Shown: piece after piece, positions 1 to 12,430 of the stretch
How the letters are laid out: each line of letters begins with the position of its first letter
Numbering within the stretch: position 1 is the first letter of the stretch
Assembly (NCBI GenBank): GCA_964252035.1
Contig: OZ176205.1
Origin: Podarcis erhardii
Lineage: Eukaryota
DNA: 64,000 nucleotides
Direction: 5' to 3' (one strand)
The notes under the pieces: generated by a model
Databases searched by the model: none
The model's input: the letters and a program-made list of their open reading frames with translations, nothing else
What the model was told of the DNA's origin: nothing
Made by a program: the position numbers and the translations under genes

Positions 1-336
1 TTATTGCCTGCTTCCAAGGGCTAAAGTCAAGAAAGAAAATGTTTCTATTATCCTGGAGAAGTCTTGAGTGGCATTAAAAATCTGGTTTCTGTCAGTGATG
101 TGAAGCAGCTCCCTTGAAGCACACTCTCCCTGGTCCAAGGGACAAGATATATAGTCCTCACCCCACCCACCACTTCTCGACTGCCTCTGAGCAGGTGAAA
201 GGAGAAATGTTGATAGCCTAAGAGTAATCCTGTTACACTGAAAGATGCTCCTGAACTGCAAAATCAGACAATGTGATCAATGACATGTGCAGATCATGCA
301 AGATCAAGTCTGACCAAGAGAGCACCAAGTTCAGTA

Positions 337-695
337 CAGTGGAACCTTGGTTGTCGAACGTAATCCGTTCTGGAAGATCGTTCAACTTCCAAAATGTTCG
401 ACAACCGAGGATCAAAGGGCTGTCAGTAAATCTCTCTCTCTTTTTTTTGAAAATCTTTATTAAACAAACTTTTAAAAAAACATACATCCCAAAAAATAAG
501 GGTACAGATACAATTACATTTACAGAAACAAAGACTGTCAGTAAATCTCATTGGGGGGGAAAATGAGAAATATGCATCAGAAGCCATTAGACTTCTGAGG
601 TGCGTTTGAAAACTAAAGCAGTTACTTCCGGGGCGTTGGCGTTTCGTTTCCGAAACATAAAGCAGCTAAGATGTTTGACAACCAAGGTTTGACTG
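337..695. mobile_element. Tc1/mariner-type MITE, interrupted by a short L1-type insertion
   Basis: TA flanks at 335-336 and 696-697; 23-bp terminal inverted repeats CAGTGGAACCTTGGTTGTCGAAC / rc CAGTCAAACCTTGGTTGTCAAAC (3 mismatches). Confidence 0.85.
435..534 (-). mobile_element. 100-bp 3' terminal fragment of an L1-type retroposon
   Basis: 15-bp direct repeat CTGTCAGTAAATCTC at 420-434 and 535-549; poly-T tract and TTTATT (reverse polyA signal) at the left end. Confidence 0.75.
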
Positions 696-1507
696 TACAA
701 GCAATTCTGAATGAGATCAGCTATTGGGGTTCTCAGGAATGACAAACTTTCTGGCTACTTAAAATCCCAAAATATGCCACTAAACCCTCATGCGTGAGAA
801 GCATACAATCCACCTCTGAAGTCCTTCTGCAATCTAATAACATTTGAACACCCCTCTCTCTATATTTTTGGTAGATGAAACATTCCTTAAGTAGCAAAAA
901 CAAATGTGGATTGAGGAACTGAAAAAAAAATTATCTCCCATTTTGTCTAATGCAGAGATGGGAAACTTCAGCCTGTTGGGCAGATGCAGTCATTCAGCCC
1001 TCTCCACCTGGCCACTGGGATGTTCTCTAGGCCAACTTCCCCTACCCAGCTACACCCAGCAACAGACCTACTTTGTACCATCACTGAGTATTTTTGCCTG
1101 GCTGGAAACATCCTTGAACTCTGATGATTATTTTTCCTTGCTTAGATAAAGGTTGCTGCTACTGCTGCTGCTGCTGCCGCCACCACCAGTTTAAACGTGT
1201 TAGTCACTTGTCACCTAAGAGGTCTTCAAGTGACTTACACATACCCTCTAATATACCTCAGATGAAAATCTGGAAACACGTCTTTTTGGTGCCACGCTCT
1301 CACGGGAGCCAGCTGATTCGTGTGAAAGCACCGCACTGCTACAAGCGCCAGCTGCAAGCACTGGCTCCTCCTCCCCAAGCTCAGTGGTGCTGGTGCTGGA
1401 GGGGGAAAACAGGGCATTCCAGGATCAAATCAGAAGCTAGGATGGCTACTATCATTCTTGGATGTCCTGGGACACTTAAAAGGTATGCTCACATTGCAGA
1501 ACATATA

Positions 1508-1749
1508 CAGTGGTACCTTGGGTTAAGAACTTAATTCGTTTTGGAGGTCTGTTCTTAACCTGAAACTGTTCTTAACCTGAAGCACCACTTTAGCTAATGG
1601 GGCCTCTTGCTGCCGCCGTGCTGCTGCCGCACGATTTCTGTTCTCATCCTGAAGCAAAGTTCTTAACCCGAGGTACTATTTCTGGGTTAGCAGAGTCTGT
1701 AACCTGAGGCGTCTATAACCTGAAGCGTATGTAACCTGAGGTACCAATG
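1508..1749. mobile_element. Tc1/mariner-type MITE (family also at 19328 and 53832)
   Basis: TA flanks; ends CAGTGGTACCTTGGGTTA ... TAACCTGAGGTACCAATG; internal sequence matches the two other copies in reverse orientation. Confidence 0.9.
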
Positions 1750-3449
1750 TACACAAGTACATTATAAAACTAGGGGGCAGAGCTGAACTTAAAGGCTGCA
1801 CAGCTTCAGTGGCCAGTGCCTCTCCCTCTTCCTGCCGCCGCCAGAGGCTGCTTCCCTGCACTTTCCCCTTTGCCCAGCTCTGCACTTGGCCTCCTCTGCC
1901 TACTTTGAATGTTGCAGGGGCCTGACCTCTCCCAAAAATATTGGGGGTGTGGGCCAAAAGAGCTCAGCCCCTAGGAGTTGTCGCCCCATTGCAGAAAGTG
2001 AAGTGGGGTATTAATGTGGATACGCCTCCAAACTAGGATTGGAAATAGGGGACAATAGAGTCTGATCACAGGTAATTGGTGATATCTCCACACTCTGAAA
2101 AAAAAAAAGACTCAATGTTTGGAACTTTCAGAGCATACACCACTCTGAGATCGCCTTGCTGTAACCTTCCCTGAATCTGATTTACCTGTTGGACTGTAGT
2201 GCTTCACTTGTTCTGGCGAGTCACCTGGGGAAAGCATCCTGTGCAGTCACTTTCTTCGTGTGATAAGGACCTACCAATATGGTAGTCCTGGGTGGCTAGG
2301 GATCTGTAAATTACACTAAGATTGTGGCAATGTCTTCCCGGAGACATCCTTATCTGCAGGCCTTGCTAGACAGTCTTAAATTGGCAATATTGTACCCTAG
2401 GAAGCATCCAAATTAGAACATAACTACTTAGCATGCCTAATTTACCACTTCATTAGAGCTGTTGATAATTTATAATAAAGGATTATTATCGTTGTGGGCT
2501 TGTCTCAAAAAAAAAAAAAAAAAAAAAAAAAATCAGATACAAAAGACGGGGCAGGGATGGGAGTCAGGAATGTTAACTAAATTATATGCCAAGAATGTAA
2601 AGGGACATTATTGTATCTGTGAGAAATCCATCATAGGTGCTCTTTAAAAGGTTGTTTGTATGTAACTGGGTACTTTTACAGGCCCCCTTTTAAAGGGGTT
2701 CCCAGTTAAATGCAGAGATATAAATCAACACAAGCGGAGGGGAAACATTCCGACGCCTTGACTGTATGAGCCAATTACCTGCTGATTCCACAAATTTCAT
2801 GAATTATTAAAGAAAATCAAAGATTGATGGGATCGACTTTCGCCCTTCAGAACTTGCAATAAAAAAACTATACAGTTTCCCTTTTCAGGGAAATTTGAGA
2901 GCAGGTGGCCCCCCCTCCTGAAGATGGCTTTTTCATTGTGGCCATATGCTTTGAACATAGGCAGCCTTTATCTTAATATCTTTCTTACTAATAATAAATA
3001 GCAATCTTATGTTATGTTGAGAGATCTTAAAGAGCAATTTACCACAGTCAATGGTGTGTCTGATGCAAAGCAGGGCAGATGGTTAATAGAATTTTATTAA
3101 TGCACTTAAAAAGTGTGGGATTCATTCCAGTCAATTCTTCTGGTCCTCTAGTGTATCCTTTGTTGACCCTGGGTCCTCAGATGTTGTGGGACTACAACTC
3201 CCATCATCCTTGACCACTGGTCCTGCTGGCTAGTTGTAGCCCAGCAGGGACCCAAGGCTGAGAAATTCCACTCTAATACCTTGCCTCTTCCTTTTCCTTC
3301 TCACTGTTCTTTAGGCTGCAACAGTAGGTGACAGGGCAGACAGGACAACATTGCATGCCCAGCTTCCTGATTCCAAGTTTCACTGCTGCTTACCATAAAG
3401 AAGAAGGGTGGTCAGAAATGGAGCACCTACTTCCAGAAGAGTTCTTTCA

Positions 3450-3740
3450 TTTTTATTTTTTATTTTTTTGCATATCCTTTTTATTAAATTTGCAGATTTT
3501 ACAATCTCTTTTAAACAACAAATCTCACATATCCATTGACTTCCCATCCACCCTTCCATGGTGTTCTTTTCCTATCATATAAAGCTGCCACATTACTTAT
3601 TGTTTACCTATTATATACATGAATCCCAATTTATTAAACTGCCAATTCTCATCCTCTGCTATACTTCAAATCCTGCATGTGTTTTAACGTAACCATGACA
3701 TACACCCCCAAATATTCCACAAAATATTTCCATCCTTCAA
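3450..3740 (-). mobile_element. Old L1-type LINE 3' fragment
   Basis: T-rich left end with TTTATT; composition like the other L1 3' ends; degenerate flanking repeat AGAAG..TT..TCATTTT. Confidence 0.5.
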
Positions 3741-3845
3741 GAAGTTATTCCTCATTTTGTTCCAGGAATATGACGGTGGAGGAGGTCAGCCATAGCGGTA
3801 GTGGAGCCTATGACAGAAGCTGCCACAGTTGCTGTGGCCACCACA

Positions 3846-3885
3846 GAGGAGGAGGAGGAGGAGGAGGAGGAGGAGGAGGAGGAGG
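3846..3885 (+). repeat. (GAG)n trinucleotide microsatellite
   Basis: About 13 uninterrupted GAG units. Confidence 0.95.
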
Positions 3886-5261
3886 TGGCAAGGTAGAAGA
3901 AACAGGACATCTCAGACTTCAAACAGAAGCCAGGGCAGCTTCTGTGAATCCAAGATGTCCCGCTTAATTTGGGATAGTTGAGTGGTGTGCAAGGCAACAC
4001 TGAGACTGGGGAAGAGGAACTTGACACTCAGTGCTTGGAAAGGCTGTAAGTAAGAAACCAGGCTGGCGTTGGAAGGAGCACTGACTGAGGGCAAATGAGT
4101 TTGGTGAGGAAGAATTCTGTTTCCCTTTATGGATCAGCTTCCACTCTTTGTAATACATGTTTTAATGTTAGTCCCTTACTCTTGGTGAAGCTCTTATTTT
4201 GTGCCTCTTGTTGATCACTGCAAAACAAATGAACCCTGAAACCAGCTGCCTTGATGGTACTTCTGCAACATTGTCGGGGGAGTAAATATAAAAACACCAA
4301 GAAATTCTGAACTAAGCCAAGGTGAGTTTGCCTATAAGCAGGCAATACTGAGTTAGACAGTGGTCTGACTCAGTATAAATCATGTCACTCTGTTTCTAAT
4401 AAGCAAAGTTTAATAAGGCCATGGAAGCCAACTTGAAAGCAGCTTTCCAGCAGAGGTATAAACCAACATCTAACCAACCAATAAGTAGCTGAATCATCAA
4501 GAAATTTTGAACATCTTCCCAAGTTATTGATGAATCATCAGCTTCTTGGTGGGTGGGATGTGATACAATAAATTCTTTAAGGGCTGAGACAATCCTTCCA
4601 AAAGAAGCATGAATCACAGTTCTAGTTTCTGACGTGTTGTCCAAAACAGACGTCACTGAGGTCGCAGGGAGAAAACCGTGGGGGAGATCTGCAGGCTCCC
4701 CCTTTCCAGCCATTATAAGGGCACAAAGAATCAGATGTGTGAGTTGCTCATGTTTCTTCATATCCACTTCTATGGTTCCTATTTATTGGGGATGGCTCCT
4801 GTTTTCTGCTGGAAACAGAAACATGAGAAGTGACTTTATACTGATCTAGCTCAGAATTGGTTATACTGATTAGCAGTGGCTTTCCAGGGTTCAGGCAGGA
4901 GTCTTTCCCACCCCTACACAGAGATGCCAGTGACTGAACCTAGGACCATCTGCAAAGCAGATGCTCTACCAATGATGTCCATTTCGCGTCATGTTGCCTG
5001 ACCTGGATAAACCACGTTGCTTAATTATTGCTAGCTCTTGCTCTATTTTTTTTAAAACCCCCCACATACACACAAAGGAAAGGCCATAAAGGCCAAGGAG
5101 AGAAACAAAAGAAAAGCTCTGGTATATTCTAGGCAGGCAAAAATAAAGCAAAACGTGGAAGCAAAAGAGGGTGGATGAAGGGTGCAGCTTTGGGAAGATG
5201 CGTGACTAAGGAGTGGGGTCTAACAGGAGAGTCTGAAAGACTAGAGAGAGCCCTGGAGGTA

Positions 5262-5636
5262 AAAAAGGTAAAGGTAAAGGACCCCTGGATGGTTAAGTCC
5301 AGTCAAATGCGACTATGGGGTTGTGGCACTCATCTCGCTTTCAGGCTGAGGCAGCCAGCATTTGCCCACAGACAGCTTTCTGGGTCATGTGGCCAGCATG
5401 ACTAAGCTGCTTCAGGCACAACGGAACACCCTGATGGAAACCAGAGTGCACTGAAACGCTGTTTACCTTCCCGCCGTAGCAGTACCTATTTATCTACCTA
5501 CACTGGCTTGCTTTCAAACTGCTAGGTTGGTAGGAGCTGGGACAGAGCAATGGGAGCTCACCCCATCACGGGGATTCGAACTGATGACCTTCTGATCAGC
5601 AAGCCCAAGAGGCTCAAGGGGTTTAGACACAGCACC
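5262..5636 (-). mobile_element. Sauria SINE
   Basis: (ACCTTT)n tail seen as AAAGGTAAAGGTAAAGG; tRNA-like head with B box at the right end; flanking AGCCCTGGA/AGCCCTAGA. Confidence 0.9.
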
Positions 5637-7191
5637 AGCCCTAGACGGTCTCATTAGCTGCCTACCCAGGCCAGAGGTCCCCCACCTCTGTTGTGATATC
5701 TGCCTGAAAAAAGCTTGACTGGTTGAGTTTGTTTTGCTTTTTACTGTTGTGCCTGAGAATATATTGGAGAGAGCATAAAGATTTCAGAACGATTCCTCTT
5801 GCTGTTGAACTCATTTGGAACTTTGCATTCTTTCCTCACATCTGTGAAACGTGCCTCCTATTGCTTGCACTTTAAGATCCCAGAATATTCAACTTATTCG
5901 TGTGCCTCCTCCATGTGAGGTCCAGAGGGTGGCAACATAAGAACAGGCCTTTTCTACAGTGGTTCCCCATTTATGGAATACTCTCTCCAGGGAGGCTCTC
6001 CTGGCTCCTTCATTACATATCTTTAGGCAGCAGGCAAAAATGTTCCACTTCAACCAGGCTGATTAATATTCTCCAACATTTCAAATGTGTTTGTTGGGGG
6101 GGGGGATGTTTTAACTATTTACTTGGGTTTTTACCTTGTATTTTATGCTGTGAACCACTGTGAGATTTTGTGATGAAAGGCAGTATATAAATTTAGTTAT
6201 TTAGTTATAATAACTTAATATCTCTGATCTGCCCAATGCATCTCAGTGTCTTGTATTTTCCATGCCAATTTCCTCTTTGATCCGTTTCTCTTGCTCTTGT
6301 GGTGCTCCATAGGGGGGAAAGCTGCTTTCCCCCTCTCTCATATGATCACAAATTGCCTTGATGTGTGAATGACAACAGTAGGGGGTCCTGGGAGGGCAGG
6401 TCTGGTCAACCACTTTGCCCCAGAACCATAACAATTCAAAATATAATAAGCCCTACATGCTGTAGAAAAATCAGGACAAATGGACACCTGGAATGATTAA
6501 AGCACTAAAAGGAAATAGAATAGCTCCAGAAAGGGAGGAAAAAAGTATAATGATTAAGGGCACGTGGATGTTGAAATTTTTACTATGTGATCTTTTGATA
6601 TATCATGACATTAGTTGCATTCAGACAGCGCTCCCCCCGCCCCCATTTTCCTGAAGTTTCCTTGCCAGATAATTTCTCTGTGTTGTTCTATCTTTCACAC
6701 AATGCAGAAGCCACTTCTGGAAACCTAGCAGAATCTAGAGGGGAATTTCATGCTCATTTCAGTGTTCATTGCTTCCAGAAAAAGATCTGTTTGCAACCCC
6801 ATTAATCCAGATAATCACAGGGTGGAGGTGGGGGTGGGGTTGCATTGTAATCTCTCTGCAGTTTACACAGATTGTTCCATGTGATGAAATTTGGGTTGAT
6901 ATTCCAGCTACAGTTCTCTCCCACCATTTTCATGGGTGAATCATGAGGGAACAGAAGCACACATGCACAAAAAGGGCGGTGACACGTCCAGTGTTGTCTC
7001 ACACCACTCCCACTGATGTGAATGAAATTTAGAATGGCATGGCAGTATGTTGACCAAAAAGCCATAGTTCCATAATGCAACAGGTAATGCAGTGTACAAG
7101 AAATGTTAGAATCTAGGACTGAAGTCCTAGCATCATAAGCAGGAAAACTAACACTGTAATCTCCATGTCTGAATGCACCCACTATTACGTA

Positions 7192-7368
7192 CATTTACTC
7201 AAATCCAATGATCTCTTTTTTGGGCCAAATACATCGCAAAAATTAAGATGCACATTAGATTCAATGGCATATTTAGATTCACCAGCAAAGACTTTTTTTA
7301 GGTTTCAAGGTTCTGAAAATTGAGGTGCACATTAGATTCAATGGCGCATTAGACTCAAGTAAATACTG
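7192..7368. mobile_element. Degenerate Tc1/mariner (pogo/Tigger-like) MITE
   Basis: TA flanks; imperfect TIR (ATTTACTC.AATC.AATG vs rc CAGTATTTACTTGAGTCTAATG); internal repeat GCACATTAGATTCAATGGC x2. Confidence 0.5.
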
Positions 7369-8540
7369 TATTACATTATCAGTAGCATGGGTGTTTTTAT
7401 GATTCTTTTCACTGGTGTAATGACATAGGCCAGGATACAAAGAACCCTGTGTTCAAGAAGGATTGCTGTTGTGTTTTTCAAACAGTAGCACCATAATAAA
7501 CAATAAATAATGCAAAGTTACACATCATTGGTTTCCAACATTTTTCCTTCTTGATTGTGGAAAGTTCGGAAACTATGTGACTCCAGTTATGTAAGCAATA
7601 GGAGTTGGAGAGGAAATTCTTTGATGTCAGAAGGTTAAAGACACTCTAGTGCATCATGGGAAATGCAGTTCTGAATGATGCACCAAAAGGGAGACCAGCT
7701 TTGCAATGAGGTGTGTTCTCTTCTTCAGAAGCAGGAAGTGTGTTTCTCTCCCCACGTGGTGCTTTATGATGCAAACATCTAGCAAAAATTGAACACAGCA
7801 AAAATGGTTTCATTGCCAAAGCAGCAGCATTAACTTGGATTCTGTAAGTGTGAACTCACTCTAGATTGCTTCGTTTCTCCTTCTTCTCTTCTTCCATCCT
7901 ACTTCTTTTCATTAGTTTGGACCAGCTGCAGTATTCTGAGTGCAGTGCCTCTGCAACAAAGGCTCCTTTTTTAAGTCCTCTGTTAAAACTGACACAAAGA
8001 TGCTGCAAATCAGGAAGGAGAGAGAAAGAGGGAGAGAGACAAAAGAGATTGAAACTTGAGATGGAGACTCATCACTTGACCCCACTTTTGCTTGTATTTG
8101 GCAAGACATGTATTTTCTCCACCTGAGTGTACTAGAAAATTGGAAAGAGTCAGAACATTATTAAGCTACTTGAAGTGTCTTGAATACTTTGAAAATTCTC
8201 TGACCTAAGCATGACAGAGAAAATAGGGATAAAACCACCAGCAGCTACGGAGCAGATTTTAAAGCATTTATACGCAGCAGAAGTAGTAAAATATCACATT
8301 GTGAATGGTCATAACTGCATTAGAGACAGGAGGACAGCCTCGGCTCCCATCCTCTGGGATTTTAAATGGATTGTTTCTCTCGACATTCAGATTGTTATTC
8401 TAGAGTCTAGTTTGTGGAGATTGTGGGAGGAGAAACGGGCAGAGAAGAGATGGGAAAGCTCACTCACCCGCCAAAGCCTTTTGCTATCCATGAATCAAAT
8501 AACCACAGCCTATAAAAGGGATGGGGAATGTGCCCTATGT

Positions 8541-8676
8541 CAGGCATAGGCAAACTTGGCCCTCCAGATGTTTTGAGACTACAATTCCCATCATCCCTGA
8601 CCACTGGTCCTGTTAGCTAGGGATGATGGGAATTGTAGTCCCAAAACATCTGGAGGGCCAAGTTTGCCTATGCCTG
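8541..8676. mobile_element. hAT MITE, near-perfect palindrome
   Basis: Perfect 8-bp TSD CCCTATGT (8533-8540, 8677-8684); 58-bp arms with 1 mismatch; decayed relatives near 3160, 32690, 44650 and 45840. Confidence 0.95.
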
Positions 8677-8987
8677 CCCTATGTCCTTCCAGATGATGTT
8701 GGACTCCGAGTTCCCTCAGTCCGAGCCAGCATGGTCAATGGCCAAAGAGACAGTGGGAGTTGTAGTCCAATGACATTTGAAGGCCACAATTCTAGTTGAA
8801 TAATTCCAAGCTGTTTAAGGCACATACCCTGCTAATTGTCTCAGAGCAGACCCACAACATCATATTTCTCCATGGGACTGTGAATTCTATCAGTCAAAGA
8901 TAACTAACCCTGCTATCCTGTGAATAATATTGCTATATTCCCATACCCTCTAACATTTCTGCGATGAAAATAGGGATGCCCTGTGTA

Positions 8988-9110
8988 ATTTTAATTTTAT
9001 TATTTATACCCTGCCCACCTGACTGGGTTGCCCCAGCCACTCTGGGCAGCTTCCAACATATATAAAAATATAATAAAACATTAAACATTTAAAAACTTCC
9101 CTATGCAGGG
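8988..9110 (-). mobile_element. L2 LINE 3' tail
   Basis: Matches the 3' end of the L2 at 28759-29158 (CCCTGCCCA.CTG.CTGGGT..CCCCAGCCACTCTGGG); flanking CTGTGTA duplication. Confidence 0.8.
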
Positions 9111-9591
9111 CTGTGTAGTTACTTATGTCTTTGGCTCATGGGTCACATAACTCCATACCCTCCAACATTTCTCTGATGAAAATAGGGACGTCCTAAGGAA
9201 ATGTGGGACATTCCAGGATCAAATCAGAAACCGGGATGGTTTCTGCAAATCTGGGACTGTCCCTGGAAAATAAGGATATTTGAAGATCTGTATGTCACCC
9301 CACCTCCATTGGTTATACTAATGTAGGTTATTAAGTGGAAAGCTAAGGCAATTATCTTACAATTGCTTAGTTAGCAATATAGTCCCCATCAGCCTTTAAC
9401 CCTTACTGGGTACAGGACTCCCAAAACTGGGTGACTATCATGAAAATTGACTCCACCTTACACCCACATTTTAAAAATTGCACAAAACTCTTTCCAGACA
9501 CAGGGTCATTCTTTTAGTGGAGTGAGATTTTTGTCCTAGTGGTTTGTGCAGAACAGTTATTGAGGTGTGCCACCCTGATCTCTCCCTCTGC

Positions 9592-9632
<41 letters not shown>
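9592..9632 (+). repeat. Compound (TC)n(AC)n microsatellite
   Basis: Direct reading. Confidence 0.95.
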
Positions 9633-12060
9633 CAGTTCTTGGCCTGAAGCTAAATAGAAACCTTGTCATGTGTCCATTTTTTAACAAACACCTTTTTTTA
9701 AAAAATGCCTGTTGTTTATACTATTTTCAACGCTTGTTGAGAACATATTGGTTGATTGTTTTGATAGGGTTCAGTGCCCACTCTTTTTTTCTTCTTTTTT
9801 TTCTTTTTTGCATTTACTGCCCTCACCGTCACTGTGTGAGGCTGAACCTGCCACTTAATCTGATTGTGGTGATGACCCACATTGTTTTGCCAATGACTTC
9901 ATGCCTCTGTAGCCAAACAACGAAGTGGCAACTGTTCATAAAGAAAATCACATGGGCTAATCACAGTCAGTCGGATAAAGCAGCATTGGGAACAAATGAA
10001 GCAGAGGGCAGGGAGGGTAGGGAAGACGAGGAAAAAATAGCACAGGGATAGGAATGGTAGCCAGGGGGACAAAGGGACTCTGAATGAACTAATGTGAAAT
10101 TGGCAAGGTGACTATCTGTTTTGGACATTTTATTGACTGATCTGAATGTGCTAATTTGAAGTGACAGTTGAAATTAGTGAATATTTGGCACGGACCAAAG
10201 TGCTCTCCGATCCAAAACACATTATCTCAGAGGCAAATCTTATTGATGTTGTTGGGACTTTTCTCCAAATAAATGAGCTTAGGACTGAAGCCTTTGGCAA
10301 ATTAGATCCTGGCTCATGTTTTGGGATGATATACACCAGTTGAAAGCAATCTTGCTCCAGCTGTGTGCCTTCTGCTTCCTTAGTTTTTTTTACTCTCTCT
10401 CTCAATATTCTCTAAGTTATCCTGAGTTGGAGTGTGAGCCCCTCAGAGTCTAATGGACATTTTATCCACCTTCATGCCAGAGAGGATACAATTACTGGGG
10501 GCATAAGATCCCAGGCAATTATAGTTCGATCATGGCTGCTGCAACTCTGATGGAAAATGTTGCCCAAATAACCAGTCACAGTGTGAAGCAGGTTTTGGAG
10601 AACATTCAGTTCTGTGTGCACTGGAAATGGAGGTTTTATGAGTGCAATGGGAAGCAAAGAAATATGGAGGGGGGAGGTAGCAAGAGAGTGTAAAAACTCT
10701 GCAGTATATATTTGCATGATATAATAGCAGTGCTTCCACCAGCAGCAAAAAAAAGGAAAAAAAAAAAAAGGAAATGGAAAGAAAAGAATCCCACAAATTT
10801 TCCAGGATTTGACCTCAAATGGAATTGGCACCTGCTGGAAAAATTGGGTTGAGAGAATAATCAGAGGCTTGAGAGAATTGCTTACCCTTTCTGAACAGAA
10901 ATGTGGATGTTTAATTTTTTGAAAATGATTCCGAAGGATTGAGAAGACATTTTTGTTGTTGACAGGTCTGCTTAAACTTTAACATGAGTGAAAAACTAAA
11001 ACTTCCCAGTGATTCTCTGAATTTGCTGAGCTGCTGTGTTGATGGGGGGGGGGGCATCCAGATCTAACATTTCTAGTGGTATATTCACCACACCCTGCAA
11101 TTATTCATTTTGCAAAGGTGTTATGGATTTTTTTCTGCTCATGCACACAAGTTAAAATAATTAATAAATCCCACCATTGGTATTCTGGAAATTTTTTAAT
11201 GTTCTGTCAGTAAAAAAAAATTAACTATTACTTTCTCTATGAGATCCCTAGCCCCTACAGCAGACCCCAGAACTTCCTTCAGTACTGCTTGCCATTCTCG
11301 CTCTCCTCAGATGACAACTAGTGAGTAAGAAATGGTGTGAAACAGGTGTAACCCAAGCCACACTCTCCACTTTTACCCAACCATACTGTGGAACTACACC
11401 CAACGTCTTCAACATCACTGAACATACAGAGGGGTCATACCAGATCTTTCTTCAAATATAACTTTTCCAACAGTAGGAAAATCAGCCTGGTGCCTCCATT
11501 ATTCTGAAATACCAGTGGACTACCAATGATGTCATGTGGAACCAAGTGGGACATTCTAGGGAATAAACAGGCATGATAACTCTGCCAAAGCCACATTTGG
11601 AAGGATCCTGGGGATACGGGTCCCAGCAACTGAATGAGCAGGAAACATTTGTCCCCTTCTCTTAATAACCTGGGCCAACTTTGCTTCTGAGAGTGCCTCC
11701 TTTTGTATATATCACTATGGCCCTTGGGAACATGATATATGGTTTTACTCAGCCTTATCCCATTCATAATGCAAGTGCACTAGAACCACAGAGCACAGCC
11801 TTTTCCATGGTGACACCCATCTTTTGGCATGACCTGCTACGCTGATCTGCTAGGAGACTTCATTGGTTTCCCACCATTGCTGGGTGACTGTGAACTGAGA
11901 AGGGGGAGGCTGTGGCCCTACAGATGTTTGCGGCACTATAACTCCCATTGTCTCTGACTTAAGGCAAATAAGATACAGCAAATATTTTTGTTAGTCTAAT
12001 GTAAACTATTGTTTGTACTGCAGATGCTGAGACTACCGTAATTCGAAGCATCATACTAAT

Positions 12061-12430
12061 GGGTTTTTGGAAGACTCCTGTACGTGAATTTGTTTTATGT
12101 GTGTACATCAGTACATGCTGACCAACGCACAGTCTTTGCAGTAAGGCTGTATTCCGATGGCATGAGTATAACGATGACTGGTTGATTCTTATCTGGTGCA
12201 GCCTTCATCCGCCTTCACAGCCATTGTAACATACCACTTGTTATCATCCACCTGTTCTACTGTTGAGGACTTTTTGGATCATTCTTTGTCTAGCTCCTCC
12301 CCTTTGACCTTACCACCTTTAGTGACCCTGCTGGGAGTACGAGACTGCTGATGGTTTCACTCACAAGGGTCATAGGAACGTGCAAGCCCACACACCACAA
12401 CAAGGTGATGGTCTAGTGAGGGAGTAAAGT
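12061..12430 (-). mobile_element. RTE-clade non-autonomous fragment
   Basis: Motifs CCCCTTTGACCTT...GTGACCCTGCTGGGAGTA...CACCAC.ACAAGGTGA and CAGCCTTCATCCGCCTTCACAGCC, recalled as RTE terminal sequence; flanked by a long direct duplication. Confidence 0.6.

Noticed and set aside
3677-4027. Poly-Gly, poly-Ser and poly-Glu ORFs, with an AG acceptor-like site at about 3765
   Set aside because: Explained by the (GAG)n microsatellite next to an L1 fragment; no recognisable protein
4396-4767. 123-aa minus-strand ORF with a protein-like look
   Set aside because: No family recognised and no convincing splice signals; length is compatible with chance in 64 kb
9539-10051. Second-longest listed ORF (170 aa)
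   Set aside because: Runs through a TC/CA microsatellite and T-rich DNA; low-complexity translation
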